Source: Phoronis australis (Eukaryota; Animalia; Phoronida). From it: a DNA stretch of 64,000 nt. Every line of letters begins with the position of its first letter. Positions within the stretch are counted from its first letter, which is position 1. The translations under genes and the position numbers were made by a program. Of the stretch, positions 38,879-51,859 are shown piece by piece. The stretch is taken from NCBI GenBank assembly GCA_002633005.1, contig NMRA01000058.1:101585-165584 (forward strand), written 5' to 3'. Under the pieces are notes generated by a model. It ran no database searches. It saw only the letters and a list, made by a program, of their open reading frames with translations, and had not been told where the DNA came from.

Positions 38879-39463
38879 GTGATTGAATCGCAATTAGCTA
38901 CTTCGTCATCCCCGATATCAAGGAAGACAAACGGAAAATCAACAAAAGATAAAAGATTTGGTCTTTGCAATGTTGAAAACACGTGTTTTGTGAACTCTAC
39001 ACTTCAAGCTATCTTTTCATGCAACCTCAACTGGCACAAATACAATATCAACAAGAAAAACAATATGAAAACCATCCTTGTGAACACATATGAAGCAACT
39101 AAAAGGTATACATCAACTCCGTCTGAAATTTTGAATAAACTAAGATTACAGAACAACTCTCTTGGCAACGGAAGTCAACAGGATGCCCATGAATTTTTAC
39201 TATGGTTATTGAACCAATGGCACGTAGACACACTTGCTCACAACGCTGATAATGTAACGTCTGAGGTTACTAGTGCCTTCCAACACGTGAAGAAGCAAAC
39301 TAGGAGTTGTAATAACTGCTCAACAACAAAGGAAAAAACACAGATAGACTGGGAGTTGACCGTCTACCTCCCAACTCTAAGGAAAGAAATAACTATGCTG
39401 GAGTTGTGGCACAGCTTGTGGACGTCGTTGGACATCGAGGACTTTAGTTGCCCACACTGTTGA
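38879..39463 (+). pseudogene. Intronless ubiquitin-specific protease (peptidase C19) N-terminal fragment
   Basis: Cys box GLCNVENTCFVNSTLQAIF, QQDAHEFL box, finger CxxC pairs (CNNC, CPHC); no ATG start and no His box. Confidence 0.8.
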
Positions 39464-40245
39464 AACGAACTGTCTTATCACAGAGGGCTAACTGCTAAAT
39501 CACAATCAAGGTCAATATTCGAGAGTTGACTGTGTTACAGCCTAAAATAATTTTTTTTTGGGTCACTTACCAAATGCCAACTGAATCTCATATGCAAAGA
39601 GTTATTTAGTTGTGCAAATTAAAAAAAGAATCATCAAAATCGGACAACGTTTGACAAATTTATGGATGTTTTTGTCTATGAATTTCATGCATTTTTAGCG
39701 TTACGAGTGGCCATTTTAAAAATTAAAATTTTCAGTTATCAACAGTAGAAAAGAAATTTATTTTATCAAGTAAGCAATTGCTTAGATATGACTGGAAACA
39801 ACTTGAATCGCTTTTAGAATCACTTAGATGAAGTTGTGCTTAATCATTGAGAAATGGTAGGGTTCATCATAAAACAGGCACTCGTTACGAAATTTGTAAA
39901 TTATGTGTTTCTAACCCTCACCTACTGTAAAGAACGTTAAAAACTAAAGTTCAAACTCTGTCATAAAAACAATTGCAGAATATGTTAGCCTATGTAATAC
40001 AGCAAATTATTCAATAACTAAATAAACCAAAAGTTTGGATATTTACTAGGTTCTGCTATGTTGAAAATGGGCCAAAAAGGCTTACAAAATGTAGTGTACT
40101 TACCCCCATGTGGAATTCAGTAACACAAATGGTCAATGCAAATGAAATTATTGCCTTTTAAATAACAACATGGTGCTTATTATCATCATGGATGTTACCT
40201 GAGCTCTATGTTGGCACTTTATGTCATAAATTATTGTAAATATGA

Positions 40246-40282
40246 TCCTGATGATGTCTAATGAAAAGACGAAACGTTGAAT
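40246..40282 (+). ncRNA. Minimal hammerhead ribozyme motif (Penelope pLTR remnant)
   Basis: CTGATGA-TGTCT-AATGAAA-AGAC-GAAACGTT: canonical core with stem II. Confidence 0.55.
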
Positions 40283-40409
40283 TGAACATGAACTTTTTTA
40301 TTTGTGCGGCGATCGTCCTGTTTTTAATCTTATTGTGGCCAAAAACTGATTTAATCAAAGAAAAATAAATGGCCATACAACATTATGTTACCATGTGATG
40401 CAGAAACAG

Positions 40410-41260
40410 TGATGTAGTGTACGTACACCGCTTGTAATGTACGTACCCCCATGTTTACAAATTCCATGAAATTAAAATATCACTTGGTAAGTGAGCAACA
40501 CTGGTCGTAGACAGTTTCCTTCCTCAAAAATGTTAAGTTAAAAGGGTGTTTGTTGGCAGTTACATTTGTTTTGAGTGAAATATTAGCATTTGCGTAGTGT
40601 ATTTACTCCTATATTTTTCAAAGTACGGCAGATATGCACATGAATGCTGTGCTTTTTATTTTTTTCTCTTTGAATCGATTTAATAAATCAACTAACTCTC
40701 AGTAGATTCTCAGTATTTAGTTACAAATCTGACATGTCATTGAAATGTAGTGTACGTACACCTGTGTAGTGTACGTACCCCGGTGTAAACAAATGCCATG
40801 AAACAAAAATTTTACACAGTAAGTAAGCAACATTTGTCACAGACAGTTTTCTACATTAAAAATGCTAGGTTAAAAGGGTGTTAATTACAAATACATTTGT
40901 TTTGAGTGAAATATTAGCATTTGTGTAGTGTACGTACCACTATATTTTAACATGTGCCTGTTTTCAAAGAATGACAGACAGATATGCACATGTATGCTGT
41001 ACTTTTTATTTGTTCTCTTTGAATAGATTTGGTAAATGAACTCTCAGTAGATTCAAAGTATTTTTTATAAATCTGACAAATCATTGTAATGCAGTGTACG
41101 TACCCCTGTGTAGCGTACGTACCTTCAACTTCTATGCTATAAAGTATTGCCCACAAGTATGTTTACATACTGCTGTTCTCATGAACAATACTGATCTATG
41201 CTATAAAGTATTGCCCACAAGTATGTTTACATACTGCTGTTCTCATGAACAATACTGATA
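40410..41260. repeat. ~335-bp tandem duplication with TGTAGTGTACGTACC motifs, plus a 62-bp tandem duplicate
   Basis: 40410-40745 matches 40746-41085; TCTATGCTATAAAGTATTGCCCAC..AATACTGA occurs twice at ~41131-41258. Confidence 0.85.
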
Positions 41261-42882
41261 TTTCCAAAATGAATCCAGTCTGACAAAAGAAGCAGTGGAC
41301 ATTATCAAATTTTTGGGCAATAAAATGCCACACAGGACTTGGCTAGTATTTAACATCCTAGAAGCACGTCATGTGACAACTGATGTTGCAGAGGCAAGTT
41401 CTCTATCTCTCAAGACAACTTGCAACACCCGCCAACAAGGAGAAGCAGCACAAACTCGAGACCATCCCATACACTGTGATACTTCTTCAATTTGATCAAG
41501 AACTCGTTAAATTAACAGATACCTTATGAATTTTTGCATTGTAGAAGTTCGCTGTGACCACAAGTTGTAGTTTATGTGCCCTTTTGTACAACTGTGATGC
41601 ATTAGGCCATAAAATATAAAATTTTATTCGGTGGTTCTTGTGCAAAAATATTTTAGATTACAAAACTGGAATGATGGTACTTTAAAATAACCCAGCTTTC
41701 ACAGTTATATGACAACCTTCATTTTTCACTAAAAGTGGCCACCGAATATGGACCTTGATTGTGATTTGCCCGTAAAGTTAGGACTTCACGAACTTGAACT
41801 GGCCGTAAGCCTAGATAAAATATGCCGCTTGAACTGTCCATGAGTTAGTGACATCGCATGTGTATTGTTTTGAGAACTTCTTTTACCCGCCCTCCAAGTT
41901 GTCGGGCAATTTTAGTCCATGAAGAGGCTCATTCTCATTTCAACCGCATAGTTATATTTATCTACAAGAAGCAATATTGAATGAATTGCACATTTATTTT
42001 CTTCTATGTAATTTGACACCGTCATTTAAAAGAAAATTAAATAGTGAGGGAGGAGGAGGAACAGCTGCTCATACGGGGACTTGTTATGGATGCGTACAAC
42101 ATGAGTCGGGGGAAGTTTAAAGTGCTTACACTTTGACAAAGATTTAAGGTTTGTTTCGTTTCTTTTTGCCATTTTCTGACTTTCAAGGTCGTATTCCAGG
42201 TAATGGTTACAAATATGCCTCCCTATAGTCCCCATCAATTCAGCTTTTTCGGTAAATGTAGTTAATATCTTGGGTACCAATATTTTATAGCCTAGACTTT
42301 CCTTGCGACGTTATTTTTGCTCTAAAACAGCCAGTGTTGCATAAATATGAACGAATTTCCCGTACTCGATTCTCTCACGAACTGACGCCATTTTTGAAAG
42401 TAAGAGGACGCACGTCGTGTAAATAACCAGCAAATGACTACAACATTGTATACTTAGACTTATATACTGGGGAACCCAATGTTCGTCCGCCTAAGCATAA
42501 AACCGACTTGCTGTTGTACTCACCGAATTATTCCACTTCAAAGTTATGATCTGAATAGGATTCGATTTAACTCTCACAGATATACCGCATTCATCGATTC
42601 GGAAGTTTTCTTTAATTTGTGCCGAGTTATTTCNGCAGCATTACCAAATTCGCTGAACAAAATGATAAGTGATGCCCACCAACCACACGCTACAAAAGCT
42701 TAATTTAACTCAAATTAAAACATATGGTCGTATGGATAAATTTACACCGCATGGACCATGCAGTTGAACGTGGTCGTCGTGTTTGAAATGTGTCCGCCAA
42801 CCATGCTGCTGAACGGAATTTTGGAAAGGGTGGTCGTATGAACAAAAATTGTCTCACGACAACAAGCACTCTCGAAGTCATT

Positions 42883-43034
42883 TGTAGTAATATCCGAGAT
42901 TACCCGACCCGGGGATCGAAGCAGCGACCCCCATAAAACCGGCAAGTGTGCTAACCATTCAGCTAATAGGCAATTGCCCGTTAGCGAGTAGCTAACAGAG
43001 GCTCATATAATTCACCGGAAGCACATCTACAACA
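42883..43034 (-). mobile_element. Solo-LTR-like element containing a tRNA-derived Pol III promoter
   Basis: TG...CA termini, CATT 4-bp TSD; minus strand has TAGCTGAATGG (A box) and TTCGATCCCC (B box). Confidence 0.7.
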
Positions 43035-43878
43035 CATTTTAAGCGCGTGGTCGTACGGTAAAAAATTATCCCTCGGGACCACGCGCCTTCTCTAAGACAT
43101 TAAGCGCGTGGTCGTATGGACGAAAAATGTCAGCCCAACCAAAAGCGTTTTGAGACTCGAGCAAAGTCGTGCAACGGGTCAGCCGGGTACGGACAAAAAT
43201 TAACAGCCCCCACCATGCTCTCTCGAGTTGTTTAAAGCGCGCGGTCATACGATAAAAAATTATCCATCGGGACCTTCTCTAAGACATTGAAGCGCGTGGT
43301 CGTATGGACCGTTGCCCGACCACCCCCTCTCAGTCATTTAAAGCGCGTGGTCATGGTAAAAAATTATCCGTCGGTATGTCTGAGAGAGCGCACTGGTAGT
43401 GGCTGTGTAATTGTCATCCGTACCAACACGACGCGATTTTGTTCAAGTCACAGAACGCTTATAGTGGAGCGGACAATTTTCGTACTATACGACCACGTAC
43501 TTTAATTGACTCAAAGAGCGTGGTCGGGGCTTTTAATTTTCGTCCATGCCATCCCGACTCGATTTTGCTCTAGTCTCAGGACACTTGTGGTCGAGCTGAC
43601 ATTTTTTGTCCATACGACCACCTGCAAGTATCAAATTAGAGAAGGCGTGGTCCGGACGGACAATTTTTGACCACACGACCATGTACTCTAATTGACTCAA
43701 AGAGCGTGGTCGGGGCTTTCAATTTTCATCCGTGCCGACCCTACGCAATTTTGCTCGAGTGTCAGAAGGCTTGTGGTGGGGGAGACATTTTTCGTCCAAA
43801 CGACCATGTGCAAGTATCTAATCAGAGAAGGCGTGGTCCCGACAGATAATTTTTAACCGTATGACTACGTACTTTAAT

Positions 43879-45900
43879 TGACCTATCGCCAGGATTATGA
43901 CAGACGGCTTAATTGACCAATCAGAACAAAGCATTCTTGGCACACCTTCGTCTGCGTTTCCAAGCCGCCATTATACCCGACAAACCACACGTAGTCGAGT
44001 AAAACTTATTTTGGTCTATAGCTCAAGAAATTGTCCGCTAAGAATGGGGAAACGGTGTTGATATGGTGTGTGTAGCACCGAAAGCCGTTATGCTGCTCCA
44101 GAATAATATCCCGTCATTTTTTGGCATGTCCTAAGCCGAAAAATGATGTTGAAAAGCGTAAACTATGGATCAAGCTGTGTACGGCCACACGAGCAGCTGA
44201 ACTTAGCGATGTTTCTTGATAACTCGAAGGCTATAATAAACACAAATATATTAGTTCCAAGATACGCACTTTTCAGCTTGGTGGCTATGGTGAAGGGCTA
44301 TCTCAGGCTCCCGAGTTTCCTACGTCTGGCCGCCTTTGTCTCAACACCTGCTGGATCTCAGCACTCTAGCGGTAGAGTCCCCAGAAATTGTTGTTTTCAA
44401 GGACACTTTTATTTTATTTTTTTATTTATTTCAACCTAATAGAGGTACATTTTTGTTATTCATAAACCCGTAGGCTGGCGTTCAACTGAACTTCTCTCCC
44501 GGTCAAAATTCAGAGATTCCATCGGCACAGGGAGGGCAACGATTACTGCCGGTAACTCAAAGCCTTGGTCGAGCTGTTGAATTACTTTTTGACGTGTACC
44601 TCTAGTATACACTATGTCTGTAGAGTTAGACAGAGCTCATTTTGAAGTTGTTCAAACATGATATGTAGATTTATGAAGCTTTAAAAAAGAATTTGAGTTA
44701 TTTTTGTAAATACCCTATTTTTGCAACTACCACACCAGACTTGTAATCTTTTGTAACCATACCACGACTTAATGATCATGCTACCTTCAAAATTAAATGA
44801 AAGGTACCTTTATAGAATGAAACTACAAAAAAAATGCCAAGTTCGTAAGAAGGTAGGCCTAATTTAAACGGTCTTAATGGTGCAAACGGACAATTCCATA
44901 GGCGGATTTAGGGGGGGGGAGGCAGGGCCCCCCCGCAAGCAAAATGAAACAGCAAGAGCGTGAAGCGTGAGGAAATATTGACTTCAGTATCTAGGACCGG
45001 TAGTGGATGAGGGGGGCTCAGACCCCAGATCGCGGCGGAATCGTGTTCTTGTTTTTTTTTTTAGTCCACCGATAGATTTTCTGAACAGAAGGTCCAAAGG
45101 TCTGCATCCCAGGCCCCTGCAACTTTCGGGCCGCCTGTGTACATACAATTGCACTTTGCCCAATTCCACGAGGCAACATGTTGGACCCCCCTTGTGGTAT
45201 CCTAGATCCGCCACTGAGTTCCAGACATTAACTTGACTTAGACACAACCCTAGACCTACCCGGCCGGAGCAAACTGTTTGGACGAGATGAATGTGTACAT
45301 AAGCTATGAACCTGAATTTTTTGATCAAAATATTTCGTTACAAGATTAGAAAAGCGTAAACAGTGCTGTCGAGTCGACCTAGTCAGAGACTATAGTTCAT
45401 GTGTTGTCTGTAATCTATGACCTACTTTACTCCAGGAGTCCCACCAGTTGTGACCTACTTTTTATTTGGCGAAATTTAGCAAGACGACAGAATAAAAATA
45501 TCGGTGAATCTTCACTGATTTTATTCCAAAGATCATGAAATCTATGGAATCGTACAGATAATTCGACTTTAAGGTACATACCCAGCTTAACATGAACATA
45601 TCGTATCAGTGGCCTTGTCATTTGTCAGGTGAAGGTGGCCCCGAGGCAGAGGGGATTTTCGTTGGCTCCTCGAGCCATTTTTTCATCGTCACCTTTACAA
45701 ATTCCCATATCATGAACGTACGATTCTCTGTTGAAAAGCATCGCCTCTTGTCTCTGTCGAAGCGTTTTCAAATAGTGCAAAAACACTCATCGATTCCACC
45801 AGGAACGTCGTTTAGCGACAGTGTATTTGCCTGTGACATTTCGTTCGAATGTCGGGTATCACGTGACTTTTCGCATAGGGGCGGAGCTTGCGATAGGTCA
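43879..45900 (+). mobile_element. Internally deleted ISL2EU-like DNA transposon
   Basis: TIR TGACCTATCGC..GCGATAGGTCA with AT (or AATT) TSD; THAP remnant from 44044 MGKRC*YGVCSTESRY..PKPKNDVEKRKLWIKLC.RPHEQLN. Confidence 0.8.
44897..45216. mobile_element. Harbinger-like MITE nested in the ISL2EU element
   Basis: CATAGGCGGATTTAGG...CCTAGATCCGCCACTG imperfect TIRs. Confidence 0.7.
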
Positions 45901-46566
45901 ATTGACTCAGAGAGCGTGGTCGGGGCTTTTAATTTTCGTCCGTGCCGACCCTACGCGATTTTGATCAAATCTCAGAACGCTTGTGGTCGGGGAGACATTT
46001 TTCGTCCAATCGACCACGCGCTGTAAGTATTTTAGAAAAGGCGTGGTCTCGACGGATAATTTTTGACCTTACGACCCGCATACTTTAAGTAACTCAAAGA
46101 GCGTGGTCGGGGCTTCTAATTTTCGTCCTTGCCGACCCGACGCGATTTTGCTCAAGTCTCAGAACGCTTGTGGTTGGGCTGACATTTTTCATCCATACAA
46201 CCATGCGCAAGTATCTAATTAAAGAAGGCGTGATCCCGACGGATAATTTTTTACCATACGACCACATACTTTAATTGACTCAGAGAGCGTGGTCGGGGCT
46301 TTCAATTTTTGTCCGTGCCGACCCTACGCAATTTTGCTCGAGTATCAGAAGGCTTGTGGTGGTGGAGACATTTTTCGTTCAAACGACCATGTGCAAGTAT
46401 CTAATCAGAGAAGGCGTGGTCCCGACAGATAATTTTTGACCGTATGACTACGTACTTTAATTGACTCAGAGAGCGTGGTCGGGGCTTTTAATTTTCGTCC
46501 TTACCGACCCGACACGATTTTGCTCGAGTCTCAGAACGCTTGTGGTCGGGCAGACAGTTTTCGTCT

Positions 46567-48139
46567 CAAGGCCTGGAATTTTCCGCGGAAACGCGGATTT
46601 CTGCTTTTTTCTTTTATTCCCTCCGTGTATTTTCGTTATACTTCCGCGGAAAAAATCGGATTTGCCATAAAATTATCGCGGCAAATTGGTTTCTCACCGC
46701 AGCGTTGGCTCGAAAAGCAGAAACTGCTCTTTATGTTTCAGAGGAACGAAAATTGTAATTGTGGATCACAGGCGCTCGAATTTCGCGATGACTCGTAACC
46801 ATATACAAGAAACATGCTTTCTTAGTAGTGAGTGACATCAGAGGCAATCGAGGAACAGATAAATTCAAGCGCCTGTGTCTGGGATACCGTGGTTCATCAA
46901 TGGCGTCTGCATTTGGTATAAAATCGAGGCGACAAATAGTGCGATTCTGCGGTCAAAAATGCGTGGAGCGCGGAGTAGACAGAATATTTTGTGGAAAAGT
47001 GGATGAAAAAAATGGTCAATGTCTTCACAAACAACATAAGTCAAGGTTTGTGTTCTGTAAACTGTGAGAGAGGAACAATTACTGGGTGCGTCGGCGAGTC
47101 GCCTCCGGCTAAGTTGGAGTCAGAGGACCGACTGAAAACGATGAGACACTAGAAATAACAACGCTTCCTGAAAGGAAATTCAACCGTAACCGGTTATTCG
47201 TTGGATTGGAATCGTGTGATGTGAGTGATGTATGAAATTCTTTTGTTTGATCCCACATGCACGCCCATTGCCGCTGCTAAGCCCCTAAGCCTAAGCCTAG
47301 GCCTGACCGCTTGAGTGCAATTTTCTACGTGCCGCCGAAACGGGATACAAAGTGCTATTTTTGTTACTGCAAATGCGTTTAAATTGCCTTTTATGTATTT
47401 CAATTTGTTTTGACATTTTTTGTGTTCTATTTTGTGACTCGAATTTTGGAGTTTTAGATAATTAAGTGATCACGTGACAGATTCTGAATGATCTGATTGG
47501 TCTAAGCCATTGTTTACAAATTCTGCCAGACTATTTTCAGTGTCCTTGCTGATAGTTATTTCTTATATCACAGTTTCTTCTCCACCAGCGTGGCTTATGA
47601 ACAATTAACTCCTGTAATTACTGTTTGGCCAACTTAGGATTGTGATTGATGCATTCTATAAACTATGTTGTTTTTGACTTTCATTTTTCCATGCTAACAG
47701 TTGGGGTATGAGCCACAGGTTTCCGTCTTGATTTTTTTTTCATTTGCGCTGGAATTAAATGTGTATGTATTTCAGGCTTTGTAGATAATCTATGAATCGA
47801 TTTTCATTTTTTGTGTAATTTTGTATCGTAATTATAAGAATTGAAAATAATTTTATTGGTCTCCCTCAGTGCAACAAATCAAGAATAAGCTCCTGCCACT
47901 CAGACTGCAAATTTTTCATCGTTATCGTTATTTTGATTTTAATTTTAAAAAATATTTTTTGTTGCATCTAGTTGCCTTCATTGTTGTTGCTGAAATAGAT
48001 GTCAGGTACTACTTAACATGAGTGCGTTTTGCCAACACGACACAGTAACTTTCGATCTGTTGAGGTATGGTTTAGATTGAAATGCATTTAGGGTCGTAAA
48101 ATTTTTCTCTTTTTTTGTCATGGGTCATTCCAAGCCCTG
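46567..48139. mobile_element. hAT-like non-autonomous element with 6-bp TSD
   Basis: CAAGGCCTGGAAT...ATTCCAAGCCCTG flanked by TCGTCT; ends homologous to 14988-15466. Confidence 0.85.
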
Positions 48140-49094
48140 TCGTCTATCGATGGCGACCACTCGCTTTAAGTGTCTTGGAAAAGGCGTGGTCCCGACGGAT
48201 AATTTTTTACAATACGCTCAGGCGCTTTAAATGACAGCGTAGTCAGAGCTGTTAATTTCCGGTCCGTACCGACCCGACGTGATTTTACTCGAGTCTCAGA
48301 ACGCTTGTGGTGTGGTGAACAGTTTTCGTCCATATCACCACGCACTGTGTCTTAGAGAAGGAGTGGTCCCGCGTCATGTGATCCAAGTGGACATTTTTTT
48401 CTGCATGACCACGGCCTTAAAACGGCAGTTTTTGTCCAAAGAACAACAGGCTTTAAATGTCTTAGAAAGTATGGACGTGGTGTGGGCGTTTAATTTTCCC
48501 CTGTGTGACCTCAATCGATGTTGTTCGTTTCACAGAACACGTATGGTCAGGGTATAGCAATTCCAAGTCTGCCTTAGAGAAACCAAAAATGCGACACTAA
48601 ACGAGAAAAAATTCCACAGGAATTCTTCGTGAAGTCACAATTCATAGGCCTGAACCTAATACCCGGTTTTTGTTTTTTTTAAAGTTGCCGTTTTCTTTTT
48701 TCAGTAAAAGGTCCAGATACCGAAAAATTCGATCCCCTTTTTATATTCTAACGGGCTGGGTGCACGCATGCAGAGCGGGGCGACCTTGGACCTTAATGTC
48801 CACTGACAAGCGTTTAGTTTTTAGCAGCAAAACTATCACACGATTCTGTGCGTGTCATAAAAAGTGTACGGTATGGTGGGACGGAAATTTTCACCAGCCG
48901 GTATACCGCGACGATGTTATATATTTTTTGTTTTTACGATCATGCGCTAAGTTACGTGTGCTAGTGGTCCAAGTGGTTGAATTTTATATAAATGACCACG
49001 TAGTCCTTAAAACGGTTTAGTGAACATAAGGTGCATTGGCAGGCGTTTCTTTAGCATCAAAAATTGTGTTCGAGTCATGCGTCCTGTCTAGTCG

Positions 49095-49310
49095 GAAATT
49101 AACTTGAGATCTAGATGGATTAGAGAGTCTATTTGGGCGAAAAAAAAGTGGCTCAGAGACGATGTGGGGTATAAATTGTCTAAAATTTGGAACAGTGTCA
49201 TCACTTCACCACCTAGTGTCCAATAGCATCCGATGATAGCTGCTGTGAGTAGCCGAAACTGTCAAGGTACTGCATTTTTGCTTGGTTGTGTCAATAAGAA
49301 TTAATCTATG
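49095..49310 (+). mobile_element. Penelope 3' end and pLTR, same family as 21594-22150
   Basis: Near-identical pLTR with CCGATGA-stem-GAAAC core, preceded by the GIY-YIG tail. Confidence 0.85.
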
Positions 49311-50431
49311 GGCCACTTATCATCCTTTTCAGCGAATTTTGTAATACTGTCGCTTACATGACAGCTTTAGTAAAGTCAAAGTATACGATTTCGTAGTCAT
49401 TTACTGGACATATACATGACGTGCGTTCTGTTACTTTCAAGTATGGCGTCAGTACTTGAGACGATTGAGTTTGGGAAATTTGTTCATATTTGTGCAACAC
49501 TGGCCGTTTTGTTTGTTGCAAGAATGTTACGAGGAGAGTATAGCATTTGCCTAGAGAAAGCATTGGTGCCCAAGAAATTAACTATATTTACCGAGAAAGG
49601 TGAGCCACAGGGGATTATAGGAACCTTTGTTTGTCACTTTTACTAACATGTAGAGCTAAACACCGATGGGGGTGCGTTCAAAATCTGGGAGTCAACGGAC
49701 ACTCACCTTGCCCGTTACAACTGTTTAATTAAAAAACAATCTAATAAACATCGTTTTCTTGTGAAATTCTCTGCCTTTTATAATGAAGAAAAATATGTCG
49801 CTGTTTTGAAAACAACACGCACGTGACACACTCGAGCGCCATTTCCTAAATTTTTTGCGACATTTCTATGGAGAACATGTCAGCTTGGCAGTTTGTTCAG
49901 AAATTCAGTTTGCGGGTATCAAAATGCTATAAACTTATAATCAGTGATACCAGTTCCGATAATTTGTTGTGACGTGCACGCAACCTGGTGAAAGAGAAGA
50001 CCGGTTAATTTAAGAATCAGCGAAAAATGAAACTGGCCAATAGGTGATGCAATATTTCATGGTGCCGAAAGCCAACGCAAAAGACCGTACCACAATTTTA
50101 GCAACAAAATAACTGGAACGCCAATTTTTCCAACACTGGTAATTGATTTAGTTTGCTCAAGGACAAGTTTAGGTTTTAAGGACACAAATTTTGTGTCACA
50201 TTTTATCTGGTCTGTTTTTTACCCACATCGGCGCAAAGCTGTGCGTTAGTATACAGCTTTGCACCAAGGCTGTACAACAAAAAACCCTTTTAGTTTTACA
50301 AAGATTTTTAGTTTGTTTGAAGCAGCCACAAAAGGTTAGGGCAACAAGTTCAGTAAAGAAGTAGGTTTACCTTCCTTGTTTGCTAATGCGATGAGAATTA
50401 TTGACACAGTTGACCGACTGTGTACGACGTA

Positions 50432-51161
50432 CAGTCAAACGACCTAAATATCTGACGTTTTGGCTCATTTTGCATTATATTTAATTGGAAACATAATGGG
50501 TTGTAATTTCTTTACTGAAATAAAGACTTGCCTTTACGGCATTGTTCTGTTACTATATCTTATCACTGGAAGTCACTGACTGATCTTTGAAGGAGAACCT
50601 AAATATCGGAAGCATGGTTCTGCATACCGCGGAAAACTAACTAACCAAGTAATGGCCGCGGGCACCTTGTCGCCAAATTGCAGTTCGTGTGTTTTGATAT
50701 ATTTGCCGCTATAACACAGCTTTGATCGCAACAAAATTGTCCATACAATGATAGCACCATGTTTTTTTCAATGAATCAGTGCGTATGACTAAAACACTTG
50801 CAATCTCATTGTAGTTTTAGGTATCCCTTTGCATGTGCGCAGACAGGGTTTGATTTGAGTTTAAAAATAAATGAAAACAGTCAATGGTGTATTGTCAGTT
50901 CATTAAGGTGATTTCAGTGTGGAAATAGATTTTGTTTTCAATCTTTATAACCAATTTATGTGATGGTCCATTTGCCCGACTTGGAGGTCTAAGTTGCACC
51001 CTCTCTCAGTGAAATCAAAACCAGGCAAAAACGTGACTGTGCCGGACTTGAATGCATTACAGGGGAACAAAAAGTGATGTCATTCATTTCTCAGATTATG
51101 CTTCAAGTAGGATTCTATTCAGTGTCCGATATTTAGGGCCCGTCCGATATTAAGTACACTG
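50432..51161. mobile_element. Tc1/mariner(pogo)-like MITE
   Basis: TA|CAGT...CCTAAATATCTGAC and GTCCGATATTTAGG...ACTG|TA imperfect ends. Confidence 0.5.
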
Positions 51162-51859
51162 TATTAGATTAGTTCGGGTAAATTCGGATGAAACCACCTA
51201 GTTCGACTTCCTCATATGCCTCTGAAGGATAATTGTCAGCTAATAACATTTGATGAGTCATGGGGTATTCGCAAATCTTTTGAGAAATCAACCAATGAGA
51301 CTCTTCATTCAGCTTAAATGCCTTCGAATTTTGGGAATAATGGCAATGATCAAAATCGGGGAAATTCAGATGCAGGTGGGGAAAATTGGATACTAGTCTG
51401 GGAAGTTCAGATCAGCAAATTCTGAATAGGTAAAACTCGGACAAAATATATAATAGTACTTTATTATTTCAAAACATATTAGGTATTTTTTTAATTCATG
51501 TATTTTCAACATTTAAGGCTTTGGCCCACATGTAATATAAAATTTACAGGATAATGCTGAGCAGCTTTTCCCTGAGAGCAGTGGCGTGAAATACAAATTT
51601 CATTAGATTAATCTGAGCAATTTGGGCTCAGACATTTTCATTAGCTTCACAAATTTATGTTTATTTGGTTCACGCCAGCACCACTCAGGTACAAATGCAG
51701 CTCTCAGAGAACAGTACATTTTACAAACACATATAAAATGGTATTCATCTTCAATTAAGGACACACAGAAACAACACGCACGTATTTTTGGTCCACAAGA
51801 GCATGTCTACCTTTCTCTGTCATCAACTTATGGTTGGAGCAACGTAATTTAATCATAGC

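Larger units (their letters stand above)
42720..48560. repeat. 186-bp tandem array, partly inverted, hosting nested insertions
   Basis: GTGGTCGGGGCT recurs at 43520, 43706, 45916, 46103, 46289 and 46475; reverse-complement units at 42720-43375. Confidence 0.9.

Noticed and set aside
42900-42970. Functional tRNA gene
   Set aside because: Imperfect cloverleaf, embedded in a TG..CA element with a TSD
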